Below are positions 11,992-22,697 of a DNA stretch of 64,000 nt, one piece after another. Positions within the stretch are counted from its first letter, which is position 1. Each line of letters begins with the position of its first letter. The stretch comes from Lepidodermella squamata. Taxonomy: Eukaryota > Animalia > Gastrotricha. Under the pieces are notes generated by a model that was not told the DNA's origin, searched no databases, and worked only from the letters and a program-made list of their open reading frames with translations. A program made the translations under genes and the position numbers. The stretch spans positions 1,922,001-1,986,000 of the forward strand of contig JBLDXI010000001.1 in assembly GCA_047495785.1 (NCBI GenBank), written 5' to 3'.

Positions 11992-12627
11992 ATGTATCTA
12001 AGGAAAAGGAAAGCAAAGGACTGCTCAAATCAGTCTCCGGCCACTCGAAAGAAATCGCCTGACTCAAACTCTCATGTCCCTTGTTTTCTATGTAAAAAAT
12101 CTGTCCCAACTCGCCTTGACTTGGTTCGTCATGTCAGAGTGGATCATCAGCCGGACCCTAATGTCGAAGAGCCTGTCAGAAAATCTTGGCTCTTTTGCGA
12201 AAAATGTGACCAAAAGTGTAAGAATGTTGCCGAACTGAAACGTCATAATGACATCGTTCATGAGCGTAACGCTCCTCCGTTGTCTTGTCCAGATTGCGGC
12301 AAAACTTCGTCGGTATTGACACGTCTAAGATCACACATCGCGAGATCACATCGGCCGATAAAACGCCGAAAATGCGAAGAATGCGTCAAGTCATTCGTTG
12401 ACACAAATTCGCTATGGAAGCATCGATTACGTTTTCATGCTCCGAAGCAGGAATTTCCCTGCCAGAAGTGCGATAGAATACTGAAAACCAAGCTAGCTCT
12501 AAACACTCATGATCGAACAATGCATTTGAACGAAATTCTCCGTCGATGCTGTTTCTGTTCTATGGCGTTCAGACACCAATCGAATCTTACAAGACACGTG
12601 AAACGGCAACACATTCAGCGCAAGTAG
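11992..12627 (+). CDS. Multi-C2H2 zinc-finger protein (6 fingers)
   Basis: Repeated CxxC...HxxxxH in ORF 11878..12627; likely ATG 11992 (MYLRKRK). Confidence 0.88.
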   Translation: MYLRKRKAKDCSNQSPATRKKSPDSNSHVPCFLCKKSVPTRLDLVRHVRVDHQPDPNVEEPVRKSWLFCEKCDQKCKNVAELKRHNDIVHERNAPPLSCPDCGKTSSVLTRLRSHIARSHRPIKRRKCEECVKSFVDTNSLWKHRLRFHAPKQEFPCQKCDRILKTKLALNTHDRTMHLNEILRRCCFCSMAFRHQSNLTRHVKRQHIQRK

Positions 12628-12945
12628 GCTTGGTCAATCTCGGAAAGTGGCTCGTAACTTCGAGTTTGAATTTCGGCTTGAGTTCAGTGTTTGATACCGT
12701 GGAAATGGTCTTCGAAAAGCAGCAGTTGTCTATTTCGAACGGGAAAGTGCGGGCTGATTCAATCATATTTTCAACTTTTTTTGATGATTATTCCAAGCTC
12801 ACAAATGAACTCTTCAGTGATATATCGAGCACAAATACCAACTTTAGGTGGAGAGTTGCTCTTTTGAAAATGTCATTTTATGTCTAGAATTGAAAGTTGA
12901 GCAACTTGTGCGAAATTTTATTTTTGAACTTCAGTTGCTTTCAAA

Positions 12946-13809
12946 ATGTTCATACGCTGCACTAAATGCAACAAGAGTTTCGCTTCATCGAAGCTATTGA
13001 AGGGCCATATGAAAATGGTTCATGCCCCAATGAAGCTTGATTCTGCGAGTTTTGCCTCGTCGAAGCTAGTGAAAGACCATACGAAAACGGTGCATGCCCC
13101 AACGAAGCTTGAACCTGGGACAATTTCAGAAAGAAAAACACAACCTAAGTCGTTGAAACGTCGTCTTCCATGTGATGAGTGCAACCGAATGTTTCCAAGC
13201 CCGGCCGATTTGAGTCGTCATAAGTCCATCACTCACGAAGGCAAAAGCTCGAAAATTCGTTGTGGGATATGCAAAGCTAAGTTTGACTGTCTGGAAAGCT
13301 TGAGAAATCACAAGACGTACAAACACACAAATAACGTTATAAGACGCAGCTGCAAGTTGTGCTCGAGAAAGTTTCGAAGTATTCGTGACGTTCAACGTCA
13401 CGTCGACATATTTCATAAAAAAGCGGCAGCTCCTCTTAAATGCCAGCATTGCCCGAAGACTTACGATAACAGGAACTCTCTTCTCACGCACTCGTTGAAA
13501 AAACATAAGGAACCGCGTCGTTATCAGTGTTCGTATTGCCCTGGAAGCTACAGCGACTTTTCAGGGTTAGCAAAGCATCGGCGGCGATTTCACTCGGATT
13601 TACCGCCGATTGCCTGTAAGCAATGTGACCTGACATTCCTCAACCGGCCGCAGTTTTTGAGCCACATGCGAATGCTGCATCGCGAAAAACAACAGAAGTG
13701 CGATGTATGCGGCAAGACTTACTCGTGGAAATCGACCCTGTGGAACCACAAGAACCGATGCCATACGCCCTTGTCGCCCAGAAAAATTGTAAAATCGGAG
13801 CCAGAATGA
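12946..13809 (+). CDS. Multi-C2H2 zinc-finger protein (~8 fingers)
   Basis: Intronless 287-aa ORF with tandem C2H2 fingers; C-terminal VKSE SUMO consensus. Confidence 0.9.
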   Translation: MFIRCTKCNKSFASSKLLKGHMKMVHAPMKLDSASFASSKLVKDHTKTVHAPTKLEPGTISERKTQPKSLKRRLPCDECNRMFPSPADLSRHKSITHEGKSSKIRCGICKAKFDCLESLRNHKTYKHTNNVIRRSCKLCSRKFRSIRDVQRHVDIFHKKAAAPLKCQHCPKTYDNRNSLLTHSLKKHKEPRRYQCSYCPGSYSDFSGLAKHRRRFHSDLPPIACKQCDLTFLNRPQFLSHMRMLHREKQQKCDVCGKTYSWKSTLWNHKNRCHTPLSPRKIVKSEPE

Positions 13810-14049
13810 AAAACTAAATTTTACTCGAATTTACAAACTGTATTTTTTTGTTTCGGAGCCTCTCCCGAATTGCATCAACACGGATAGTGTTTATTTGGGA
13901 TTGCAATGCGTTGTTTTTTTTATGAATCTATTATTTTTTAATTTATCCATAATCCGATGGACATCACTTCGGACTCAGTATAAAGAATAAATCAGACTGG
14001 GAGGGTTGAATTTTTCCGTTTCCCTTTTTATTTTTTAGATACGTTTTTC

Positions 14050-14715
14050 ATGACTGTTGTGTATTGCCTCACGTGCCATACAACTTTCGCCTCGAAAACC
14101 CTGCTCATCAGCCACAAAAATGTGGTTCACGGGTCGAATCGGGTACCCAAAGTTGAGATGGAAGGTGGCTCACGTTTGAAAAAAACTGGGGAAATTCTAC
14201 ATGCTCGAAACTCAGTGCCCCATGCACCAAGGTTTAAATGTGATACTTGTGGTGTTAGCTTCAGTAGTAGACAAGGATGTTGGATGCACAGGAAGGCGAA
14301 CCATTCTTTAAATGAAAAATCACAGCTGTTCCGTATTGGCGAGTCTGTCAAAATCGGGCCGAACAAAGAAGTCGGATTGCTACTGCGCAAGTGCTGTATT
14401 TGCCTGAAGTCGTTCTCCGCTGCAAAGGATCGGAAAATACACATGCGCAATCACAAGCTCAAAGTAACGAGTGGTGTCAAATGCTCCGAATGTCCCGCGA
14501 AGTTTCGTGATCGATGGCATATGTCAAGACATCGAAAGGGAATTCACTTCGGTCCTATGCGACCTTGTGATCTGTGCAATCAGAGATTCAGCTGCATGGA
14601 AGACCTTAACTCGCATAAGAGGCAATTTCACGTCATGAAACGATGCAAGGTGTGTTCAAGAACTTACAAATATCGTGCTAATTTATCTCGGCATGTCAAC
14701 AAATTTCACAGTTAA
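14050..14715 (+). CDS. Multi-C2H2 zinc-finger protein (6 fingers)
   Basis: Intronless 221-aa ORF with C2H2 repeats. Confidence 0.9.
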   Translation: MTVVYCLTCHTTFASKTLLISHKNVVHGSNRVPKVEMEGGSRLKKTGEILHARNSVPHAPRFKCDTCGVSFSSRQGCWMHRKANHSLNEKSQLFRIGESVKIGPNKEVGLLLRKCCICLKSFSAAKDRKIHMRNHKLKVTSGVKCSECPAKFRDRWHMSRHRKGIHFGPMRPCDLCNQRFSCMEDLNSHKRQFHVMKRCKVCSRTYKYRANLSRHVNKFHS

Positions 14716-15141
14716 ACTATGAAACTTCGATTCTCCCTCTGTTTACGTATTTTATTTGAAGATCAGACTTTGAAAATTTCATTATGATAGTACATCTGTC
14801 CTGTGCGAAGAAGCAATGATTCAATGAAAACATGTAATAAAACGGAAATGGATAGACGTGACTGCACGATTACGCTATATTTTCTAATATTTAGATAATC
14901 TTTTTTCGAATTTTTGGTCTAATTGATGCAATAGCAACTGAAGCAAGAGCCGCTTTTATGGCCGGTGATATCGCAGAAATAGCATCCTGTTTATCGCCAT
15001 GCTAAAAAATGCGACGCGCCAAGAATAGGTACCTAATCGAATCTGGTTTTTTATACTGAAAAGCGATTGGCTGGTGCATTTTTATCTTCATTGCGCACCT
15101 CGTATTGGGCTGCTTTTTTCTTGTCGTCTGAATTGGTAAAA

Positions 15142-15380
15142 CGGGCGCTACCCCCCCCCCCCCCCCCTAACTTACTGGGGAATTTGGCTCAGAGCCGCGC
15201 CGGGCGCTACAATTTTTGTTCTATTTTTCTTCCGAAAATTCGTCCCGTTTCTTTCTGAACAGCGATGCGGCCGACCCAGAGCAAGTCAGCTATCAATAAA
15301 GTAGCAGGTCACCGGTGTGTGCGCGCGGTGTCGCCGCCTTAATTACACCGCTGCAGTGCGCACTGCACCGCCGTGACCTG
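15142..15380. promoter_or_regulatory. GC-rich island with C17 tract, direct repeat and nested inverted repeats; candidate promoter of the downstream array
   Basis: cgggcgctac at 15142 and 15201; C17 at 15151-15167; palindrome tgcagtgcgcactgca 15352-15367; lies in the long gap just before the dense gene run. Confidence 0.35.
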
Positions 15381-15566
15381 ACGATCGATGACGCCATCAC
15401 TGCTCACTATGCCCAATTTATTTATTGCTCATTCATGGCTTGAGATGTGGAGTAGTTATTGCCCGTCGTTTTGGCATGTTCTTGCCTAATTTTTCCGGAT
15501 TACTTTTCACTACCATTTTGGTGTTTTTTGCGTAGATGTATTTTATTACTTGTTGTGATACTGGAA

Positions 15567-15836
15567 ATGAATAGCGACGACAAACCACTTGATTTGTCGA
15601 AGCGTTCAAAGTTTTTAGATGAGCCACTATCACCACCTGAAGCGGCCGAAATGTGTTCTAAAATACTAGCTGATGTCGCCGAATGTCTCCAGGTGTTGAG
15701 TCATTCTGTTGCTCGGTTTAACGCAAATGGTGATTTGTATCGCATATCTGGTATTCTGGCCGGCCAGCGGTGCGCTGTTCGTTTTGTCAGCACGATGATT
15801 CGCGAACAAATTGTTGCGAGCGATGATAAACATTGA
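15567..15836 (+). CDS. Finger-less helical-module protein with CtBP-binding PLDLS motif
   Basis: MNSDDKPLDLSKR...; helices ILADVAECLQVL and ILAGQRCAVRFVSTMIRE resemble the N-module of neighbours. Confidence 0.65.
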   Translation: MNSDDKPLDLSKRSKFLDEPLSPPEAAEMCSKILADVAECLQVLSHSVARFNANGDLYRISGILAGQRCAVRFVSTMIREQIVASDDKH

Positions 15837-16014
15837 AGACTGCGTCTTCTTTTCATGATTTTATCTTGCTTGTTTTACTTACTTGATATTTTCTAATGCG
15901 CCACGGCTTGGGTTCTGCTGGCACTATTGCATGCCCTATTGCATTTTTACTGGTGAAATCGGAGAATTTAATTCTTGTTCGATTTTAGAAAATTTACGGA
16001 ACATTTTCAGCGGC

Positions 16015-16826
16015 ATGAATTACGGTAGGAAAAGTTTGGCATAGCGCCAATTTTAATCCTCTCTTGACTTTTCAGAGCAGTACCAGCGAGATCTTTTGCA
16101 ATTCGTCGGTCAGCTGGACAACTTGAATGAGTCGATAACTCAAACAATCGCCGGTCTGTAAATTAATCGAAGATTTTAATATCATTATTTTTTTTAATTT
16201 TTCAGCCGCTGCGAGTTCGAATCAGCCGCAACCGATTTTAGCGCTCTGTATGAATCAGTTGATTTTTCAGAGCGGCCTCATTCGGTTTTTGACGCAAAAA
16301 ATTCAGCGTACTACGTTCAGCGATTTTGCTGTCAATCGTTCGTTTTTTTTGTCCTGATTTTACTCGACATAATAATTTATCAACCACTACAGAACCGCCA
16401 CTTGCGCTGTCTGCTGTCGATAATTTGTTGCCCCGTAATATTTTCGACCTGATGCAAGCGTCGGCGAAAAGCAAAGAAAATGCTGTTTCCGCCGCGAGCA
16501 AAACCGTGAATCAGGCCGAAGACAATATTCCACTCATCCCGGTTATAGCTAACAACAACAGCGCGAGTAAGCTGCCCTCTATCAACACGATATTGCGTCC
16601 TGGTCAGTCGACGCCGTCTGTTTCACCAGCCCCGCAGCCACTTACCCCCGGTGACTCGATCGGCGCATCGCCGGAATCGAACGCGGAAGGCCAGAAGAAA
16701 CGCGAATTGCGCGACGCCGCGGTCGATGCGCGTCAGATTTGCGATTTGTGCGAGAAAAATCTGCCCACATTGGAACTCTTAATGCGCCACTACGAAAAAG
16801 TTCACAATGTTTCATTTTCTAATTGA
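16015..16826 (+). CDS. Helical-module + 1 C2H2 protein
   Basis: Introns 16025-16075, 16154-16205 and 16308-16392 give an open frame; finger CDLC...HYEKVH. Confidence 0.72.
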
Positions 16827-17071
16827 ACGCACGGTTTTTCTATCGAAATTATTAAACGCGATTGCCAGTCTATCGCATTTATTTGTTGATTTTTCCAATA
16901 ACTATCGCCAGTCGGGCGTTTCGGCCTGTACAGTTCCTAACGCATTTTAAGCTCAATTATTTTGTATTTTTTGAGAATAAATAACATTGCTAGGAATATG
17001 ATCCTCTCAATTAAGGCCTGTTGTAGTTGTAAATATTTTTAGACCTTGTTACTTCCGATAATTTGGCTAAT

Positions 17072-17323
17072 ATGCGTTGTCGATCCAAGTCTGTTAAGCA
17101 GCAGGCGACGCATTTATTGCGAATTTCCGCCAGATTGGAAGGTAAAATTATTCATTTTTTCGGGCGACAATCAATTTTATTTGTACATTATTCAGAAATC
17201 AAAAATGCGATGAAAAAGGACGGGGTTACTGAAGCACTTCTAGCTGAGCTGGAAGTTCTCAAGGCTGAATTAACCAAGTCGAAAACTGGCCCTCTTCCTT
17301 CCCCAGAAGCCGCGAAAAACTGA
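17072..17323 (+). CDS. Small helical/coiled-coil protein
   Basis: In-frame 54-bp intron 17142-17195; EALLAELEVLKAEL. Confidence 0.5.
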   Translation: MRCRSKSVKQQATHLLRISARLEGKIIHFFGRQSILFVHYSEIKNAMKKDGVTEALLAELEVLKAELTKSKTGPLPSPEAAKN

Positions 17324-17532
17324 AAAAATCATTTTGCATTGGCTTTTCTATGTTTCTGATATCGGTTTCAATTTTTACTTCATTTTAACGATGAGTCTTG
17401 CTAGTCAATGAGATATTCTGTACAAAATCTGTTGTTATACGTTGATAAGTCCGACTGACTTACTGTTCAATAGTAAAAAATATTTTGGTATACGGCAAAA
17501 TTCAATTTTCTTAGATGAACATGTAAAAATTG

Positions 17533-18213
17533 ATGAGAAAAATGGCTCGAAAGACACATTACCATCAACAACATTCTGGCAGAAGGCAGAGTTATTCAAA
17601 TCAAAGAAATCGTGGGGCTGTAGGTCAATCGAATCGGCAATATTCCGGAGGGTATCATCAGGAGAACTCCTATCAAGAATATTTTGAGCGCCCAACTCCG
17701 CAGCACGATTACAATGTCAACTTCAACGCAGTTAGAAGGCCACAACATTTTCGAGGTTGGTCAATTTTTTTAATAATATTTTTATTTAAGGTGGATTTTT
17801 TATAATTTTTTATAATCTCCTGAAATTATTCCTAATTTTCAGATCAATACTCTGCCAATCCCCCGCCGGCTCTTGATGCTAATGTCTATCAGTTATGCCG
17901 AGAACTTGTGCGGAAAACCGAGGAAAATGCGCAACTTCGAGAGCTGTTAAAAGGCGCGCTCAGTCACCCGTCTGACCTGCGCCGCGAACTTGTCGAATCG
18001 CGCTACGACTCGCTTTATCGCCCGTCTCGGCTATCAACAAACTCAAATCAACCACGAAAACGAATCCAATCGAGACCCCAAAATTTCAGCCAGCGGAATG
18101 CGAGTTATCGAAATCAGCGGAACAGAGGCCGTCAAAATTATAGACGGAATCAGGGAAATGGCGGATCGAAACGTGGCTCAGAACACGAGTGCAAATTGGA
18201 GAAAGTTTATTAA
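17533..18213 (+). CDS. R/G/Q/N-rich low-complexity protein with central coiled coil
   Basis: Intron 17756-17842 joins ORFs 17530 and 17908; SYxNQRNRG occurs near both ends. Confidence 0.65.
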
Positions 18214-18235
18214 TATAATAAATTTGGAATGATCG

Positions 18236-18852
18236 ATGCCTAGGTTTTATGTTGAACAATTTATGGCGGATCGTTATAACTGCGAAATCGATGGCCACGG
18301 TCTTCACTCATCGATGGAATTTCTTTTGAGCGAATCAGCGGTTTATGCTGCTGCCTTGCTCGAGATGGTTCAAGGTAACTTCCCATATTTTATTGGAAAT
18401 CTAAGCCTGACTTGTTCTAGACTGCGAATTGGAAAGTGATGCTAAAGGTCAGGACAAGGCGAAAATGGAACGAGGCGCTATTAAGGCGTCAAAATTGGCC
18501 GAGGCTGCGAAAAACGAATGGCTACTGAGAAGTGAACGACTCGTAAATTTCGCCGTCCCTATTATATTTTCGCTAATTTTCAGAGGAATGTCGGCGTCTC
18601 CGTAGAAGATTGAACAACGATAGTGATTCGTCCCCTTCATCTGTTCCATCGGCCTTGTCGACAGCTGATAATCCGCGATTGATTTCTGGAAGACTCGTTT
18701 ATCTGATTCTTGCTGCGATTGTTTTTCTGCTTGGTTTCTACGTCGGATTCTACATGATCGATGCTTCTCAATTTTCAAGCGATTTTGTCACTAATTTTAT
18801 GAAGGAACCTATTTCGTCGCGAACGGATATGATTGTTGTCGACTTGGAATAG
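18236..18852 (+). CDS. Helical protein with C-terminal transmembrane segment
   Basis: Introns 18376-18420 and 18532-18583 join to ORF 18610; TM LVYLILAAIVFLLGFYVGFYMI. Confidence 0.62.
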
Positions 18853-18918
18853 CATTTTTTCCTATTTTAAATTTTTCAAATTTTTTTCAATCGTGATGGT
18901 TTTAAATTGTTAGTTGAG

Positions 18919-19810
18919 ATGTTACCTGCTGGGCACGTTCTTCGGCAATGTTTGGATCGTATTAATGAGGCCAGCTCTTTTACTGCTCAACTAGTTTCAA
19001 GTCAGTTCGATTTTTATTTTTATTTTCAAAAAATATTTTTTCACTAATTTTAGCTTTGGACTCTAAAGCAACGCTTGGGCAGATAACTGTGATTCAAACA
19101 AACTGCATCTACATCTGCGCGATGAATAAGCTGGCCCAGGCTGTACTCGAAAATTTGAACAAATCATCCACGATTAGTCAAAACAGTGTCTCGCACCTCC
19201 CGCTATCTCCGTCATTTTCATTTTCTAACTGTGATGATCGTTCAAGTATTGCCTCGGTGTTTTCGTCTCCGAGAAATGAAATGATTCTATCTGCGCTCAA
19301 TTCAACCGATGTGACTCCGTCAACCAGCAATACCAGCTTAACCACAGGAAGGAGAAATGACGTACAAATTGTGAATCTTCAAAGTATTTTAAGGCGGAAG
19401 AACCGAGAGATTCCTAGTGTTCTTAAAGAAATAGTCGGCGATGAAAGCTGCGAAACAGTGCGAAATCCTGTTATCGACCTGCCTCTGGCTGAAAGCCCGC
19501 CTCAAGTTGAAGGTGGGCTATCTTTTACCGAGTTTTCACATTTGACAAAATTTTCTACTAGATTGCATTCAAAATTCAGTTGATGATTCATTGATTCCCA
19601 TGGAATGCTCCCTGCCATTACGTATGATTGGCTTATTTTAATTTAATTTCCGACTTTTTTGTAATTTTAGCTCCTTTGCCCTCCGAAAAGCAGACCATTG
19701 AAGAAACCAGCGTCGACCTTATCCCTAAATTTGTGCCGAAGCGACTTATGAAGAAAAAGCCCCCTCGACGTCGACGCCTTTGCTTTGGGCGCAAAAAACG
19801 GGCTAAATAA
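18919..19810 (+). CDS. Helical-module protein, Ser-rich, basic C-terminus (no finger)
   Basis: ATG 18919; intron 19001-19053 into ORF 19056; further short introns lead to ORF 19628 ending KKKPPRRRRLCFGRKKRAK. Confidence 0.58.
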
Positions 19811-19978
19811 AGAGCGGACATTCGATATAGAATTACAACCTAAAATTTTCAATCTTGTAGTCATTTTAGCCGAACCCGTTTTACTAGCGATTACTCGCGA
19901 TTATATCCGCTCAATAAATAGCAATTAATTTTTTAATACCAGCTGCATTTTTATTCTAAAGTGCGATTGATTTCTGTA

Positions 19979-21123
19979 ATGGCTGGGCCAATTTCATCGA
20001 ACGAGTCGATTGATGACCTTTTGATGACATTTCTTCTTGAAATTCGAGATGTCTCCTCGTTTGTCAATGATTTGATTTACGGTCTGAATTTCCATTTCAT
20101 TTTCGCTATTTGAACTATAATCGAAGTTTTTCAGGTTTGACTCCGGTTGCTACACGAGGACAAATTGCTGTTGTTCATAGTCACTACTTGCTGCTTGTCG
20201 GCCTTATTCATCAGGCTATCGGCATTTTGCGGGGTAAATCTGGGAATAACGACCCCGAAGCTGAAAACAAAGCCGTTTCGCTGGAAGTTCATCGCTTTTT
20301 CGAGGAGTACCCATCGACTACATCGACGGATGAGTCATCATTCATTCCGATTCCATCTCCGCTGGGCGCTGAATTGATGGAGCAATCAGAAACCGACTAC
20401 GGCTTGGAAGTGGCGATTGTTGAAAATATCAGCGATCTAGTACCTTCAACTGCGAATTTTGCACCAGAAGTTCCCGTGCATTTGGTCCCTATCGCAATTC
20501 CTGAATCTGATGACCCGATGCCGGCTGATAATTTGAAGATCGGCAAACACATCAGTCGAGCTCGAACTCGCTCCGCTACAGGCTCTAAGAAACGATCCAA
20601 GTCTAACATTCATAAATCAGGTGAGGAATCGAATTTTAGTTTTTCGACTGGGAAAATCGACTTTTTTCATAGAAGACAAACGATCCAAATCTGTCACGAA
20701 ACCGCATGGAGATAAGAAAAAGCGAGTCATGAAGCGTAAATCGACGGGCGAATCTATGTCGGCTGTTTCAGCTAAATTCCGAATTGTTTCCGATGATATC
20801 TCTCATAGAAGGGCTGCTAAACCCGGGCCTCTCTTAGTAAAATCTGGCAAGGCCTCGCATGGAGCAGAGACCAATGGAATAAGTGAGTTTTTCTAAAAAA
20901 TTTCCGTTTTTATTTGAGCAGTTTTTCGCAATTTTTACAAGTTGGCCTGACGTGTCCGGTTTGTCGAAAAGTGTACTCGAAAAAAGCAACTTTGAGAGTT
21001 CATATGAAGATTCACGACTCTAATTTTCAGCCATATCAATGCCGATTTTGTTCGAAAACGTTTAACTTCTACGCTAACCTGTATTCTCACGTGAAACGAT
21101 TCCACATTATAAATTTGAAATGA
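19979..21123 (+). CDS. Helical-module + 2 C2H2 protein
   Basis: Introns 20082-20134, 20621-20672 and 20883-20941 give an open frame; fingers CPVC...HMKIH and CRFC...HVKRFH. Confidence 0.78.
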
Positions 21124-21163
21124 GTTTTCATATCCTGAGTCATTGAATTAGAGCGTTCATAAG

Positions 21164-22245
21164 ATGCTTCGAAAAGTGCCGTCGAGAGGTTGCTTAAGGC
21201 GCGAGAAAGAAGATTTCACTTTTATCAAGGCGAAAAGTCTGGAAGTTCTAAAAAGTGAGTGAGTTTTTGGTTCGAATTGAATTCCCATATGATGTATTCA
21301 ATCATCCAGGTTTTTCCTCCTCGATTTCCCGGCGATATGACCAGGTAGGGTCGTTGATTAGTATCGTACAACTTTGCGACAGGCGAAAAAGCGAGCTCGA
21401 AGGCCCACGAGCTGCTCTTAAAGGAAGCAGTTCAGGATATGAAATGAAAAAAGAAATTGCCGATATTCGTAGTATTGATCTGGAGATAATAGACATTTCG
21501 GATGAGTCGGAAGGAGAACATGAAAGAAACCTAGTCGCTGACGCGGCGGTTCACCCGGAAAGCACTGATCCCAGCGAAGAGGACCTTACTACTCATCACG
21601 TAGAACTTGGAGGAGCTGTTGTTGACGGTATTCGAATTCCTCAAATTTTGCACGAGAAATTAGGGATTACTTAGTTTTAGCAAATTTGCAGCCGGCGGTT
21701 ATCAAAAAAACAAAACGTTCTCGGGGCCGCCCCAGAAATGTCATGGCCGAAACGAAAAAGCGACGTCGCCGATATTCTAAAACTAGTCCGAAACGTCGCC
21801 TCTCTGCAAAAGCTGGTGAGTAATTTCATCGCGACCCTTCTCGAATTTTACCTCGATATGTCTAGAATTGGTGGTCTTTCCAGGCGAACAAATTCGTAAT
21901 GTCGTAGTCAAACCAGAAAACGCCGAAAAAAGCAACAACGACGAAAAGGAGAAAGGTTATAATATTCCACTTCATAGCGATTCTCTGAGTTCAACTGATT
22001 CTATAATAGGAAATGCGAAAATTTCCCATTTCAAGGAATTTGGGCCGAACAAGGTTCAGTGCAATAATTGCGGGCGTGTGATATCAAAAAAGGCGAAGGG
22101 TCATCATCTTATTCGTCATGGCCTATCCCGGAATAATGCGATAGAATGCGATAAGTGTGGATCAGTCCTCGGGTCGTTGTCTTCCTGGTACCGGCATTGC
22201 AAGATAGGATGCCAAAAGCCTGACAATTCAACATCTCTTTCTTAA
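21164..22245 (+). CDS. Zinc-finger protein with SIM-like motif, AT-hook (RGRPR) and 2 fingers
   Basis: Multi-exon; LEIIDISDESE; KRSRGRPRN at ~21715-21740; CNNC...HLIRH and CDKC...HCKIGC. Confidence 0.75.
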
Positions 22246-22299
22246 CCTGTCCATAAATTTGAGATTTTATGGACAACTTATAACAGACTTCTTCGGTTT

Positions 22300-22600
22300 A
22301 TTTTTTACAAGTCTTGACACACATCACCGTCTAATCAGCCTGGATTCGATATGACAATACTATGCTGATGGCTGATTTATCGGGGTTTTCGAGGTCGACA
22401 TTTTTTTTAAATTCACCGTAATTTAATATTTCTTAACTCGTCACCCCTCGAAATAGCGACGAGGATGTGAATTTGATCTAACGGAATGAAGGTATTGAAT
22501 AGTAAGCCTCTCGTTTGATTTGCTATGAAAATACTATGCTGATAGTTGATTTATCGGACTTTTCGAGTAATAGGTCCTATGGTCGAAACAAACTTACATT
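22300..22600 (+). pseudogene. Decayed partial copy of the gene starting at 23858
   Basis: ttacaagtcttga vs ttacatgcctga (ATG lost); cacccctcgaaatagcgacgaggatgt...aaggtattgaatagtaag matches exon 1 and the donor of the 23858 gene but contains a stop. Confidence 0.6.
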
Positions 22601-22697
22601 GCTAGATCCGATTGAAACAATTTGCTCTGTTATTTTGCGCATATCTTTTTTCTTTTTTTCCCAATTTAAGATTGTTGAATCCCATCAGTGTTTCTTA

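Noticed and set aside
15305-15380. Hairpin element as a tRNA
   Set aside because: No T-loop (TTC) or D-loop consensus and wrong arm geometry.
17408-17458. Short ORF MRYSVQNLL resembling an eh1 Groucho motif
   Set aside because: Could not be spliced convincingly into a gene model.
20730-20752. Histone H3-tail mimic-like KRKSTG (also GRKSATG at ~1582)
   Set aside because: Too short, and expected by chance in basic disordered linkers.
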